Shown piece after piece: positions 52,642 through 61,389 of a DNA stretch of 64,000 nucleotides. This stretch comes from Candidatus Eiseniibacteriota bacterium. GTDB lineage: Bacteria; Eisenbacteria; RBG-16-71-46; CAVPCR01. Position 1 is the stretch's first letter, and each line of letters opens with the position of its first letter. The notes beneath the pieces were generated by a model that was given only the letters and a program-made list of their open reading frames with translations, made no database searches and was not told the DNA's origin. Location: NCBI GenBank assembly GCA_963823555.1, contig CAWGMA010000001.1, positions 384,001-448,000 on the forward strand, given 5' to 3'. Made by a program: the position numbers and the translations under genes.

Positions 52642-55361
52642 CAGAAGGCCCAGCTCATTCCGAACCGGATCACCCGCCCCCGTTCCCACACCCGCGGATC
52701 GTCGAGGGGGATGAAGCGCGCGCCGCCGGACTCGTCGACGTCGATCGCCGCGCCTCCGGCCTGCCCGGTCTCGGTGTAGTAGATGACGTAATCGTCCTCG
52801 CTCACGAAGGCGTGCGGCGTGTTGTCGGGTGCGAGCTCACGGATGTTCTCCGAATCGAGCAGATTGTAGGCGCGCAGGAAGGCGACGAACCGTTGCCCCC
52901 AGGCGCCGAAGTGCTTCGAGAAGTCGGCATCGACCCGGAACGTCCCGGGGAGCCGCGCCGAGTTGATCTGGTCGGCGGTCCGCCGCGTGCGCTCCCCGAG
53001 CTGGATGGGGGTGTAGGGGAGCCCTGACCCATAGCTCGCGACGAAGGTGGCGATCCAGTCGCCGGGATAGCCGGCATGCAGCGTCGCGTTCACCGTGTGG
53101 CGCTGGTCCCAGTCGAGCGGTCGCTCCTCGGCCGCGCGCGAGGTCTCGACATCCTGGTTCTCGAACCGCTCCTCGGCGCTCGAGGCGACACCGGTGGCCC
53201 GGCTCAGGGTATAGGCGATCTCCCCCCAGAGCGGCGCGCCGGTGCGCTTGCGAAGCGCGACCTCGAGGCCGCGGATGCTCGCGAAATCCTGGTTGGTCCA
53301 GACATCCACGAGCTCGACGAAGCCGGGCACCTCGCGCCGCTCCGTCGTCAGCAGCCCGAAGATGTCCTTGAAGAAGATGGTGCCCGTGATGGCGACATCG
53401 CGCGTGATGAGATGCTGGACTCCGGCCTGGTAGGCCACCGTCACCTCGGGTTCGAGGTTCAGGTTGCCGCGGATCCGCACGTTGGAATCCCGCTCCTCGA
53501 AGATGAAGCGGCGATCGGGCACCTGGAAGTACCTCCCGTAGTGGAAGCTGAGCGCCTGGCGATCGCTGATCGGGAAGGCGATACCGAGCCGGGGGCTCCA
53601 CTGGTCGCGCACTTGCTCATCGGCGGCCGCGGCGTCGAACTGGTTACCGAGCGAGAAGAAGTCGTAGCGGAGTCCCGCGCTCAGCACCATGCCCTCGTGC
53701 TTCCATTGATCCTGGACATAGAAGGCGCCCTCGGGGTTGTCGATCGCCAGCTCCGAGCGGTAGCGTCCCTGCGTGCCGCCGGCGTTCACCTCGTTGGGGA
53801 AGTCGAGCTGGAGGAGGCTCAGATCGTTGAGCTGGAGCAGGTATCCGCCCTTCACGATGTGCTTGCTCGTCGGATGGGTGAGATCGCCGCGCAGGGTCCA
53901 CACCTCGCTCTGGCGCTCGGACCAGTAGGGGAAGTCGCCGTGGGTGACGTAGTAGAACCCCTCATCGAAGTTTCCCTCCCAGTAGTCCGGGAAGAAGGCT
54001 TCATAGTCCTCGGGGTCCTTGCCCAGGACGCTGGCGGTGGCGGTCGAGCGGAGGTAGGCGAGGCGGGTCTCGAGGTTGGTCCTGCCGAAGAGATGCCCCC
54101 AGGTGATCTTGGCGACCGAGATCCGCGTGTCGTAGTTGGGGGTGTGCTCGGGAGCATTGTAGGCGACATAGGTCGAGTCGAGCGGCGTCGATGACCAGGC
54201 GCCGTAGCGCACGATGGGATTGCCCTCGGCATCGACGTCGGGAATCACCTGCACGTATCCGGCGCGACTCCAGGGGTGGGTGTAGAAGTCCCCGAGATCG
54301 CGGTTCTGCAGCAGCTCGAAGCTCAAGCGATCGCCCTCGCGGGGTTGCTTGTAGGTGACCTTCCCGGTCCAGCGCACCTGGTTCGACTGGCGGCCGCCGA
54401 GGGAGATGAAGTCGAGAACGGTGCGGTGCGATCGCTCCTCGTTCGTCTCGAGATAGGTGTCGTCGAACGTGCCTTCATACGACACGAAGTAGGACAGGCG
54501 CTTCCAGCCGAGCGGGCCGCCGAAGCCCAGCGAGAGGCGGTCGAAGTTGGTGTACGTGCGGTCCGGCGCCCCGAAGTCGTCGGTCTCGTAGCGCACCTCA
54601 CCCGAGAACGTCTCGCCGCCGTCGCGGGTCTTGAGATCGACGATGCCTGACTGCGCGTTCCCGTACTCGGCGTCGAAGCCGCCGGTCAGGACCTCGCTCT
54701 CGGCAAGGGCCACGGTCGAGATCGAGAACGGTTCGGGCGCGAGCGGGTCGCGGGCCGGGATGCCGTCGATCTGATAGAGGACCTCCCCGGAGCGGCCGCC
54801 GCGGAAGTGGAGATCGCCCGAGGCGGAGACCACGCCCGGCATCAGCTTGATCGCCTCGAGGACATCGTCGACCGGGATCGAGCGCACATCGTCACCCAGG
54901 ATCAAGCGGCCGCTGGATGCGCTCTCGGGCTGGATGAGCGCGTCGCGGGCGCGCACGTCGATGGCTTCGAGCTCGATGTCCTCACCGGGACCGAGGCGGA
55001 AGTCCACGCGCACCTTGCCCCCGGGGAGGAGGACGACGTCCATCTGGCGCTCGGTCAGATAGCCGAGCGACTGCGCCTGAACGGTGTAGGTCCCGGCCGG
55101 CGCGACGAAGTGGTAGCGGCCGTCCATGTCGGCCATGGCGCCGTAGGATGTGTCGAGGAGCATCACGCTCGCCGCCGGCACCGGGAGGCCGGTCACCTTG
55201 GAGACGACCGTGCCCTCGATCGCCCCGTTCTCGGCCGCGGGTGCGGACTGACTCATCAGAATCGGCACGAGTACCAGCAAGGGGAGAAGGGGCGGAAGCG
55301 GGCGCCTGCGCGGCGCACGCCCGCCTCGCGCTGCGGGGTGCGGAGAGCCGTCGGCTCTCAT
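52641..55361 (-). CDS. TonB-dependent receptor with N-terminal carboxypeptidase-regulatory-like domain
   Basis: GAIEGTV; plug HFRGGRSGEV..IDG and GGFDAEYGNAQSG; SPRLGIAFP, NLEPE, DQRH; ends RFGMSWAF. Confidence 0.92.
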   Translation of the reverse strand: MRADGSPHPAARGGRAPRRRPLPPLLPLLVLVPILMSQSAPAAENGAIEGTVVSKVTGLPVPAASVMLLDTSYGAMADMDGRYHFVAPAGTYTVQAQSLGYLTERQMDVVLLPGGKVRVDFRLGPGEDIELEAIDVRARDALIQPESASSGRLILGDDVRSIPVDDVLEAIKLMPGVVSASGDLHFRGGRSGEVLYQIDGIPARDPLAPEPFSISTVALAESEVLTGGFDAEYGNAQSGIVDLKTRDGGETFSGEVRYETDDFGAPDRTYTNFDRLSLGFGGPLGWKRLSYFVSYEGTFDDTYLETNEERSHRTVLDFISLGGRQSNQVRWTGKVTYKQPREGDRLSFELLQNRDLGDFYTHPWSRAGYVQVIPDVDAEGNPIVRYGAWSSTPLDSTYVAYNAPEHTPNYDTRISVAKITWGHLFGRTNLETRLAYLRSTATASVLGKDPEDYEAFFPDYWEGNFDEGFYYVTHGDFPYWSERQSEVWTLRGDLTHPTSKHIVKGGYLLQLNDLSLLQLDFPNEVNAGGTQGRYRSELAIDNPEGAFYVQDQWKHEGMVLSAGLRYDFFSLGNQFDAAAADEQVRDQWSPRLGIAFPISDRQALSFHYGRYFQVPDRRFIFEERDSNVRIRGNLNLEPEVTVAYQAGVQHLITRDVAITGTIFFKDIFGLLTTERREVPGFVELVDVWTNQDFASIRGLEVALRKRTGAPLWGEIAYTLSRATGVASSAEERFENQDVETSRAAEERPLDWDQRHTVNATLHAGYPGDWIATFVASYGSGLPYTPIQLGERTRRTADQINSARLPGTFRVDADFSKHFGAWGQRFVAFLRAYNLLDSENIRELAPDNTPHAFVSEDDYVIYYTETGQAGGAAIDVDESGGARFIPLDDPRVWERGRVIRFGMSWAF

Positions 55362-57391
55362 CGCCGTTCCTCCCGCCAGAACCACTCGATGGCGCGCGCC
55401 CCCAGGCTGTCGACGGCGCCGTCCGACCACCAGAAGACGGGGAACGTGAACACGAGCACCTTCCCCTGATCGCTCGTGCCCCCGAAGCGGAAGGCGCAGG
55501 GCGCGGCATCGAGGCGCGACGGGACAGGGATCGGCTCGATGCGGCTCCCGTTCGTGATGTAAGTGTAGAGCGTATCGATGTCGCCCGCCTGCTCGGGGGG
55601 CTGATCGTAGCCGATGGTCATGCCCTCGACCCGGGGGATTCCCATGAGCGGGCTCGTGTAGGGCTCCTTGGTGACGATGAGCGCGGGCCAGCCCTCGGTC
55701 ATGGCCTCCGGTGTCAGGACGGCCCCGTCCATGCCGTCGATGCGCTGGTCGGCCAGGTTCCCGCGCGGCCGGAGGAATCCTCCGGCCTCGATCTGGCTGC
55801 CGGAGCGCCGGGTCTGGATCTTCAGGAACTCGTAGCCGAAGTCCCCGGGGTCGAAGCCGAAGAACTCGGCCACGATCCCCGCCTTCGAACGGGTCAGCAC
55901 CTCCTGCCCGAAGAGCCAGACATTCCCGCCGAGCGCGACATAGGCCGCGAGCGGCAGGTTGCCCTCCGGGTCGGCGGCCCGCGTGAGCCCGGTGTTGTTG
56001 CCGGCCACGTTCCAGACAAGGAGCCGGTAGCGCCGGAGCATGGCCAGGTCCGGAGTGCCCTCGACCGGCCGGCCGTCGGGATCCGTGAACTCCACCTCAT
56101 CGATACGGAATCCGCGCCGCGCCGCTTCGGCCAGCAGGACCTCGCGGATGAAGCGGTCGTGCTCCTCATCCGGCGGCAACGACAGGCTGCCGGCCCGATC
56201 CCCGCCGATGTCATCGATGAAGAGGATCTCGCGGGCGAAATCCGGGGGGCCCACCCGGAGGTAGGCATCGACGACGAGGATCTGGCCGAGGGTGTCCCGG
56301 ATCCGGAGCAGGAAGACATGCTGCGTTTCCTCGACGCCCACCGGGTTGTCGAGCCGGATCGTGACCGCCGGGTTGGGCACGGGGATCCAGCCCGGATCGT
56401 CGGGCTCGACGCTCTCGAGATCGACGCCATAGGCATAGTCGCTGATCCGCCCGCCGTAGGACGAGGCATCCGCCGACCAGTTGAAGCTGGCGGCGCGCCC
56501 CGAGATGAGATCGAAGGTCTTGGCCTCCTCGTTCCCGGTGGGCAAGGTCACCGTCTTCCCTGGGCCGGAGAGCTCGACCACGGGGACGCCGGGCGCGGTG
56601 CGGGCGCGCAGGCGAAGGACGTTCCGCGTACCGACCAGAAGCGGCTCGACCGCGCCGGCTTCGTCCATCGCGCGCACACCGAACAGGTAGCTCCCCTCGT
56701 CGACCTCGAAGGATTCGAGCGTGCGCTGGGTGAACGCCGACCACGGCGGCCCGGCCTCCGGCGCGTCGAGCCGAGCGGCTTCGATCGTGAGCAGGCTGTC
56801 ATCGGGAACGCGCACCAGACGGGTCGAGTAGAGCTGCGGCGGGAAGCGGCCGTCCAGGTCCTCGCCCTCCCATGTCACCTCGAAGCGGAGACCGACGGTG
56901 GGGACGCCACCGGGGAAGGGGTTGAGGATTGCCGTCGTCGGGGCCACCGTCACGGCGAAGAACGAGGCGAAGGTGAACGGCGACCACGCGTCCTCGTTGT
57001 CCCTGGCCCGCACGAAGAAGGTGTGATGGCGGCCGAAGCGCTGGAGCTCGACCGGGCGGCCGTCATGGATCTCGATCACCGTGTCGTGGAAGTCATCGGC
57101 GGAGAAGACGAGCTGGGCTTCGGTCTCGGCGGTGGCCCGGATCGAGTCGGCCGCCGCGGTGTCGTCAACGGCATACTCGAAGCCGGCCACGCGACCGTCC
57201 GTGTCCTCGGCCGACCAGTAGAAGGTGACGCGGTGGATATGGAGCGAGTCGGCGGTCGGTCCCACCGTGATGTGGATGCGCGGGATCTGATTGGGTGTGC
57301 GGACGCCGGTCGTGTCCTCGGCGCAGCCGCCGGGAAGCAAGGCGGCGAGGATCGCGAGCGCGCTGCCGGCGAGGAGGGTGCGCGAGCTCAT
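55358..57391 (-). CDS. Lipoprotein with repeated Fn3/Ig-like units and a C-terminal GATase-like domain
   Basis: Lipobox GGC; W...D.DG...Y and HTFFVRARDN / YLFGVRAMDE repeats; ATGA overlaps at both ends. Confidence 0.75.
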   Translation of the reverse strand: MSSRTLLAGSALAILAALLPGGCAEDTTGVRTPNQIPRIHITVGPTADSLHIHRVTFYWSAEDTDGRVAGFEYAVDDTAAADSIRATAETEAQLVFSADDFHDTVIEIHDGRPVELQRFGRHHTFFVRARDNEDAWSPFTFASFFAVTVAPTTAILNPFPGGVPTVGLRFEVTWEGEDLDGRFPPQLYSTRLVRVPDDSLLTIEAARLDAPEAGPPWSAFTQRTLESFEVDEGSYLFGVRAMDEAGAVEPLLVGTRNVLRLRARTAPGVPVVELSGPGKTVTLPTGNEEAKTFDLISGRAASFNWSADASSYGGRISDYAYGVDLESVEPDDPGWIPVPNPAVTIRLDNPVGVEETQHVFLLRIRDTLGQILVVDAYLRVGPPDFAREILFIDDIGGDRAGSLSLPPDEEHDRFIREVLLAEAARRGFRIDEVEFTDPDGRPVEGTPDLAMLRRYRLLVWNVAGNNTGLTRAADPEGNLPLAAYVALGGNVWLFGQEVLTRSKAGIVAEFFGFDPGDFGYEFLKIQTRRSGSQIEAGGFLRPRGNLADQRIDGMDGAVLTPEAMTEGWPALIVTKEPYTSPLMGIPRVEGMTIGYDQPPEQAGDIDTLYTYITNGSRIEPIPVPSRLDAAPCAFRFGGTSDQGKVLVFTFPVFWWSDGAVDSLGARAIEWFWREERR

Positions 57392-58779
57392 GGCAGCACC
57401 TCGAGATCGAGCGCGTTGTTCTCCATGAGCGGCAGCGGCCGGTTGAGGCGCGAGAGCGTCTGCCAGCTCACGAGCACGACCGGGGTTTCCAGGTTCCGCC
57501 ACGAGAGGACGAGAAGATCGCCGGTGCGGGGGTTCTCGGCCAGGTCGCCGAGGACACGGAACAGGTTCTGCCCCGGTGACTCGGGGACGGGCGCCAGGTC
57601 GGAAGCCCTGACCGCGAGCACGTGGTTGTAGCGACCGATGAAGTAGACCCGGTCGCGCACCGGGGAGAGGATCATCGACCACAGGCGATCGCAGCTGCAG
57701 GCCGGCATCTGGAAGCTCACCGTGCGCTCGGGCGCGATCAGATCGACGACCGCGTAGCGCTGGGCCCCGCCGACCCAGGCCCGGCCCCGCGGCTCGTCGA
57801 CCAGGATGGAGTGCGCGTAGGGTGCGCTCTCGGCGGGAAAGCCCTGAACGACCTCGAGTCCCGGCAGCCGGAACCCGGCGAGCGCCGCGCCGCCGTCGAG
57901 GGCGACGAGGAGGATGCCCAGCGTGCGCGCCACCTCCACCCGGACCGGGTCGGCATCGGGGCGATCGAAGACGAGCGGCGGCGCGGCCACCGCGAGCGTC
58001 GTGGCATCGAGGATGTGCACCGCCGGCGCGCCCGGCGCGACCACGAACACGCGCTGGTGCTCCGGGCTCACCGCCAGGTCGGCCGCGTCCGAGGGCAAGA
58101 CGAGCCCGGAATCGCGGAGCACCATGAGCGATCGCCCGTCCACCACGAGCACCCCCGCGCCCTGCTGGAAGGGCCCGATGTAGAGGACGTAGACCACGCC
58201 CTCGCCACGCTCGGCGCGCAGCCGGCGTGGCGAACCCGCGAGCGGGACGGGGGATTCCTCGACCTCCTCGTAGGTGTTCACATCGAGCACGGTGAGGCTG
58301 TTGCTGCCGGCATTGGCGCAATAGAAGCGGCCGATCTCGTGGAGGGCGAGCGCGGTCGTGAAGCGGACGACGAGCGAGTCCGGGCGCGCGTTGCCGGCCT
58401 GGTCGGCGATGCCGGCGGCGAGCGTCGCGGTGAAGTCCGCGGGGATGGTGAAGGGCACGTATGGTGTGAAGGAGATCACGGTGGCTGTCGAGTCGAGGGC
58501 GACATCGCCGCCGACGAGGCCGAGCGGGCCGCGGACCGTGAGGGCCGCCGCCGTGTCGGCGAGGGCGATCGGTTCGTCGAAGGCGAACCAAACGGTGGAC
58601 GAGGCCGGGAACCCGACCGCGCCGTCGGCCGGGTTCGCGCTCACGACCTCGGGCGGGTCGAGATCCGGAGCGACCGGGGTGCCGCCGCCATCGTCCCCGC
58701 AGCCGGAGAGGAGCACGAGCGCGAGGAGCGCCGCTGCGAGTAGCCCGCGCCATCCCGGGTGGGCCGCGTTCGTCCTCAT
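57388..58779 (-). CDS. Lipoprotein with Big_5 Ig-like domain and YncE/YVTN-like beta-propeller
   Basis: Lipobox LSGC; PPEVVSANPADGA...FDEP...DQAGN...FTT; ANAGSNSLTVLD. Confidence 0.8.
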   Translation of the reverse strand: MRTNAAHPGWRGLLAAALLALVLLSGCGDDGGGTPVAPDLDPPEVVSANPADGAVGFPASSTVWFAFDEPIALADTAAALTVRGPLGLVGGDVALDSTATVISFTPYVPFTIPADFTATLAAGIADQAGNARPDSLVVRFTTALALHEIGRFYCANAGSNSLTVLDVNTYEEVEESPVPLAGSPRRLRAERGEGVVYVLYIGPFQQGAGVLVVDGRSLMVLRDSGLVLPSDAADLAVSPEHQRVFVVAPGAPAVHILDATTLAVAAPPLVFDRPDADPVRVEVARTLGILLVALDGGAALAGFRLPGLEVVQGFPAESAPYAHSILVDEPRGRAWVGGAQRYAVVDLIAPERTVSFQMPACSCDRLWSMILSPVRDRVYFIGRYNHVLAVRASDLAPVPESPGQNLFRVLGDLAENPRTGDLLVLSWRNLETPVVLVSWQTLSRLNRPLPLMENNALDLEVLP

Positions 58780-61223
58780 TGCACGATCACCAGCTTGTCG
58801 CGCAGGCGCTGATAGGGCGTCTCGACGACATAGATGTAGATCCCGGGGGCGACGGGCTGGCCGTTCCGCGACAGCAGATCCCAGGCCACGACTCCGGTCT
58901 GCCCCTCGCCTTCGAGCGAGCGCACGAGATCCCCTCCCAGGCTGTAGATGCGCACGACGGAGCGCCCGGCCGGCAGCCCCATGAACTCGATCTTACGCCC
59001 CGAGGGATCGGTGCGGTTGGGGGCGAGATCCCATTCGGCGCGCGCCACATAGGGGTTCGGCACGGCGCGGATCGGCCCGCCGGCGCCCGGCGCCGGTCCT
59101 TCCTCCGGATAGAGGAGGCTCGTCGCGGCGGCCCGCGGCTCGAGGCTCCGGACGATGGTCGTCCCGCCCGGCTGGGGTTCCACTGAAAACGGCGTTACAT
59201 CGTAGAAAACGGCGAAGCCGTTGGTGACGCCGGTGTCCACGAAGCGGTAGCGCCCGACCGCATAATGGGCGATCAGGGAATCGTCGGGACCGGGAACCGC
59301 CGCGATGATCTCCGTGCCTTCCACCACGAACGGCACCGGCGCCGGCGGCAGCCCCGACCACGGGAGCGGCAGATCGACGACCACCTGCCACTCATCGCGT
59401 GTCGGCCCGCTCGAACCGGGTGGCCGGGTCCAGCCCTCGGCGCGCCACACCCGGTAGCCGGCGACGGGTGGCAGCACTTCCTTGGCTGTCGGCAGCTCGG
59501 CGGCGTTGTCCCATTCGATCATTACCTGCCGGTCGCCGGGCGTGAAGCGGCTGCCGATCGGCCGCGAGCTGACCTGCGTGGCCGTATCCGCCCAGCGCGT
59601 GAGCGACTCGCCGCCCACGGCATTCGGGGTGCAGCTGTCACAGTCGGCATCCACGAAGACGCATTGCAGGCCAAGCACGCGCACGCGATCGGTGCATCGG
59701 TTCTCCGGCAGTCCGGGACAGAAGGTCTGGATGTAGGAGTTGAGGCAGCCCGCATGGCGGCGATCCAGGGTCTGGCTCTCGTCGCAATCGTGGTCGACGC
59801 GCATCGGCGAGAAGTAGCAGAAGGGCGCGTCGGCGCTGGTGAGACAGGTCTCGAAGCCATTGCGGCCCGAGAAGCTCGAGCCGTCCAGATCGAGCCAGCG
59901 GCCGTGGAACTGCTCTTCGAGCGTGGTGAGATTGGCGGCCAGCTCGGCGCGGTCGGCGGCCACGATGAGGGCGGTCGTGAGCTCGATCCGCGCTCCCGGC
60001 AGGAGCTCCGAGTACGGGCCGGCGTTCATGATGAAGCGATGGTCGTCGACACGCAGGTCGCCCTGGTACCCGGTGCGGGCGAGGAGCGCGTACTTCTCGG
60101 CATCCGACAGCTCCTCCCGGGTGCGGTCGAAGGTGACGCGACCGGCCAGGTGGACGATACCCGACGGGCCCACCCGGTCGGGAGCGCGAAAACCGAAGAA
60201 CTGGGTCGTGTGATCGAGGAGGACGGCGGCGACGAGCCCCGGCGCATCGCCGCCCGCACCTTCTGTGCCATCGGGAACATCCTCGACGATGACCACCGGG
60301 CGCTCGAAGGGTACGGTCGCGCATCCCGGCGCCGGGAACTCGGCGCGGTTGGGAAAGGTGCCGCGGATCGTCTCGATCGAGTAGCGGTCGTCCCGCCAGT
60401 AGCCGTCGTGGGCCTTGGGGCCGACGTCCGGATCGACGTAGAAGCCGGCGCGCACATCGTAGAGCGTGGTTCCGGACACGTTCTCGATCGTGTACTGGAC
60501 GACGACGCAGCGATCGAGCCCGGCCACACCCTCGGCCCAGGTCCAGGATGACTGCTCGATCTTGAGTCCGAGCGGCCGGTGGGCGAGGAGCTGGGCCCGA
60601 GCCTCGGGCGTATCGTCGCGATACTCGCAGGCGAAGGTCTGGTTGCCGAGGGCGACGTAGTCCTCGTCGACGCGGCCGTCCCCGTCGTCGTCCTTGCCGT
60701 TCAGGAACTCCTCGTCGATCGCGCCGTCCCGATCATCGTCGGCTTCCTCCACCTCCCGCGTGCTGCCGAAGCGGCGTGTACCCTGATCGCCGTCGAAGCT
60801 CGTGTAGATCCGATCCACCTCAGCGAGCGAGGGCCGGAGCTCGCTCACCGGCGCCGCCGTGGAGACCCCGATGAGGGCGCCGCTGCGGTCGTTGGCGCCG
60901 ATCCAGAGCCCCGCCTCGAGCAGGAACTCGTTGGCGCTGCCGGCCGGCCACTCGAGGGAGGGATGGTCGGAAAAGGAGGGGTAGGTGGGGTTCCCGAGCA
61001 CGCCGAGGTTGGTGACGAAGAGACGCACCGCCCCGGCGTCATGGATATGCTCGCCCGCGCGCTCGAGGATGGCGCCGGCCGGCGGGGCGAGGGTGAAAGC
61101 CAGCACCATGGCGGTGAGGGGAACGAGCCAGGATGGCACGGAGGGGGAGGGAAGGGCCGCGCCCGCCTGGGAATCAAGCTCACGCCGGCGCCGATCGAGC
61201 CCAGCTCGATCGTCAGACTCCAT
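58776..61223 (-). CDS. Large secreted protein with Asp-rich Ca-binding-like repeats, a Cys-rich insert and a T9SS-like C-terminal domain
   Basis: AAGGAG RBS; EWPAGS, GLWIGA; DDDRDGAIDEE / DDDGDGRVDED; VPNPY, IYSL.GDLVR, WDL..RNG, GIYIYVVE, KLVIVQ. Confidence 0.8.
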   Translation of the reverse strand: MESDDRAGLDRRRRELDSQAGAALPSPSVPSWLVPLTAMVLAFTLAPPAGAILERAGEHIHDAGAVRLFVTNLGVLGNPTYPSFSDHPSLEWPAGSANEFLLEAGLWIGANDRSGALIGVSTAAPVSELRPSLAEVDRIYTSFDGDQGTRRFGSTREVEEADDDRDGAIDEEFLNGKDDDGDGRVDEDYVALGNQTFACEYRDDTPEARAQLLAHRPLGLKIEQSSWTWAEGVAGLDRCVVVQYTIENVSGTTLYDVRAGFYVDPDVGPKAHDGYWRDDRYSIETIRGTFPNRAEFPAPGCATVPFERPVVIVEDVPDGTEGAGGDAPGLVAAVLLDHTTQFFGFRAPDRVGPSGIVHLAGRVTFDRTREELSDAEKYALLARTGYQGDLRVDDHRFIMNAGPYSELLPGARIELTTALIVAADRAELAANLTTLEEQFHGRWLDLDGSSFSGRNGFETCLTSADAPFCYFSPMRVDHDCDESQTLDRRHAGCLNSYIQTFCPGLPENRCTDRVRVLGLQCVFVDADCDSCTPNAVGGESLTRWADTATQVSSRPIGSRFTPGDRQVMIEWDNAAELPTAKEVLPPVAGYRVWRAEGWTRPPGSSGPTRDEWQVVVDLPLPWSGLPPAPVPFVVEGTEIIAAVPGPDDSLIAHYAVGRYRFVDTGVTNGFAVFYDVTPFSVEPQPGGTTIVRSLEPRAAATSLLYPEEGPAPGAGGPIRAVPNPYVARAEWDLAPNRTDPSGRKIEFMGLPAGRSVVRIYSLGGDLVRSLEGEGQTGVVAWDLLSRNGQPVAPGIYIYVVETPYQRLRDKLVIVQ

Positions 61224-61389
61224 CGCAGCTCCTTCTGGAGTGGGTGAGTCGAGTCTAGTCCCTTGGGTTCCGGTGTGCAATGGCTGCCAGCACAAGCGCC
61301 TGGGTGCTCTATAATGATGCCGGCGGCCGAGCGTTGACGTTTGTCCGCCGGCGCCCCCCTGGACCCGGAGCGGGGAGACACGTGCGGCC

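Noticed and set aside
55358..58753. 1131-aa minus-strand ORF
   Set aside because: The first ~450 aa are Arg-rich off-frame sequence over the gene at 57388-58779; the real start is 57391
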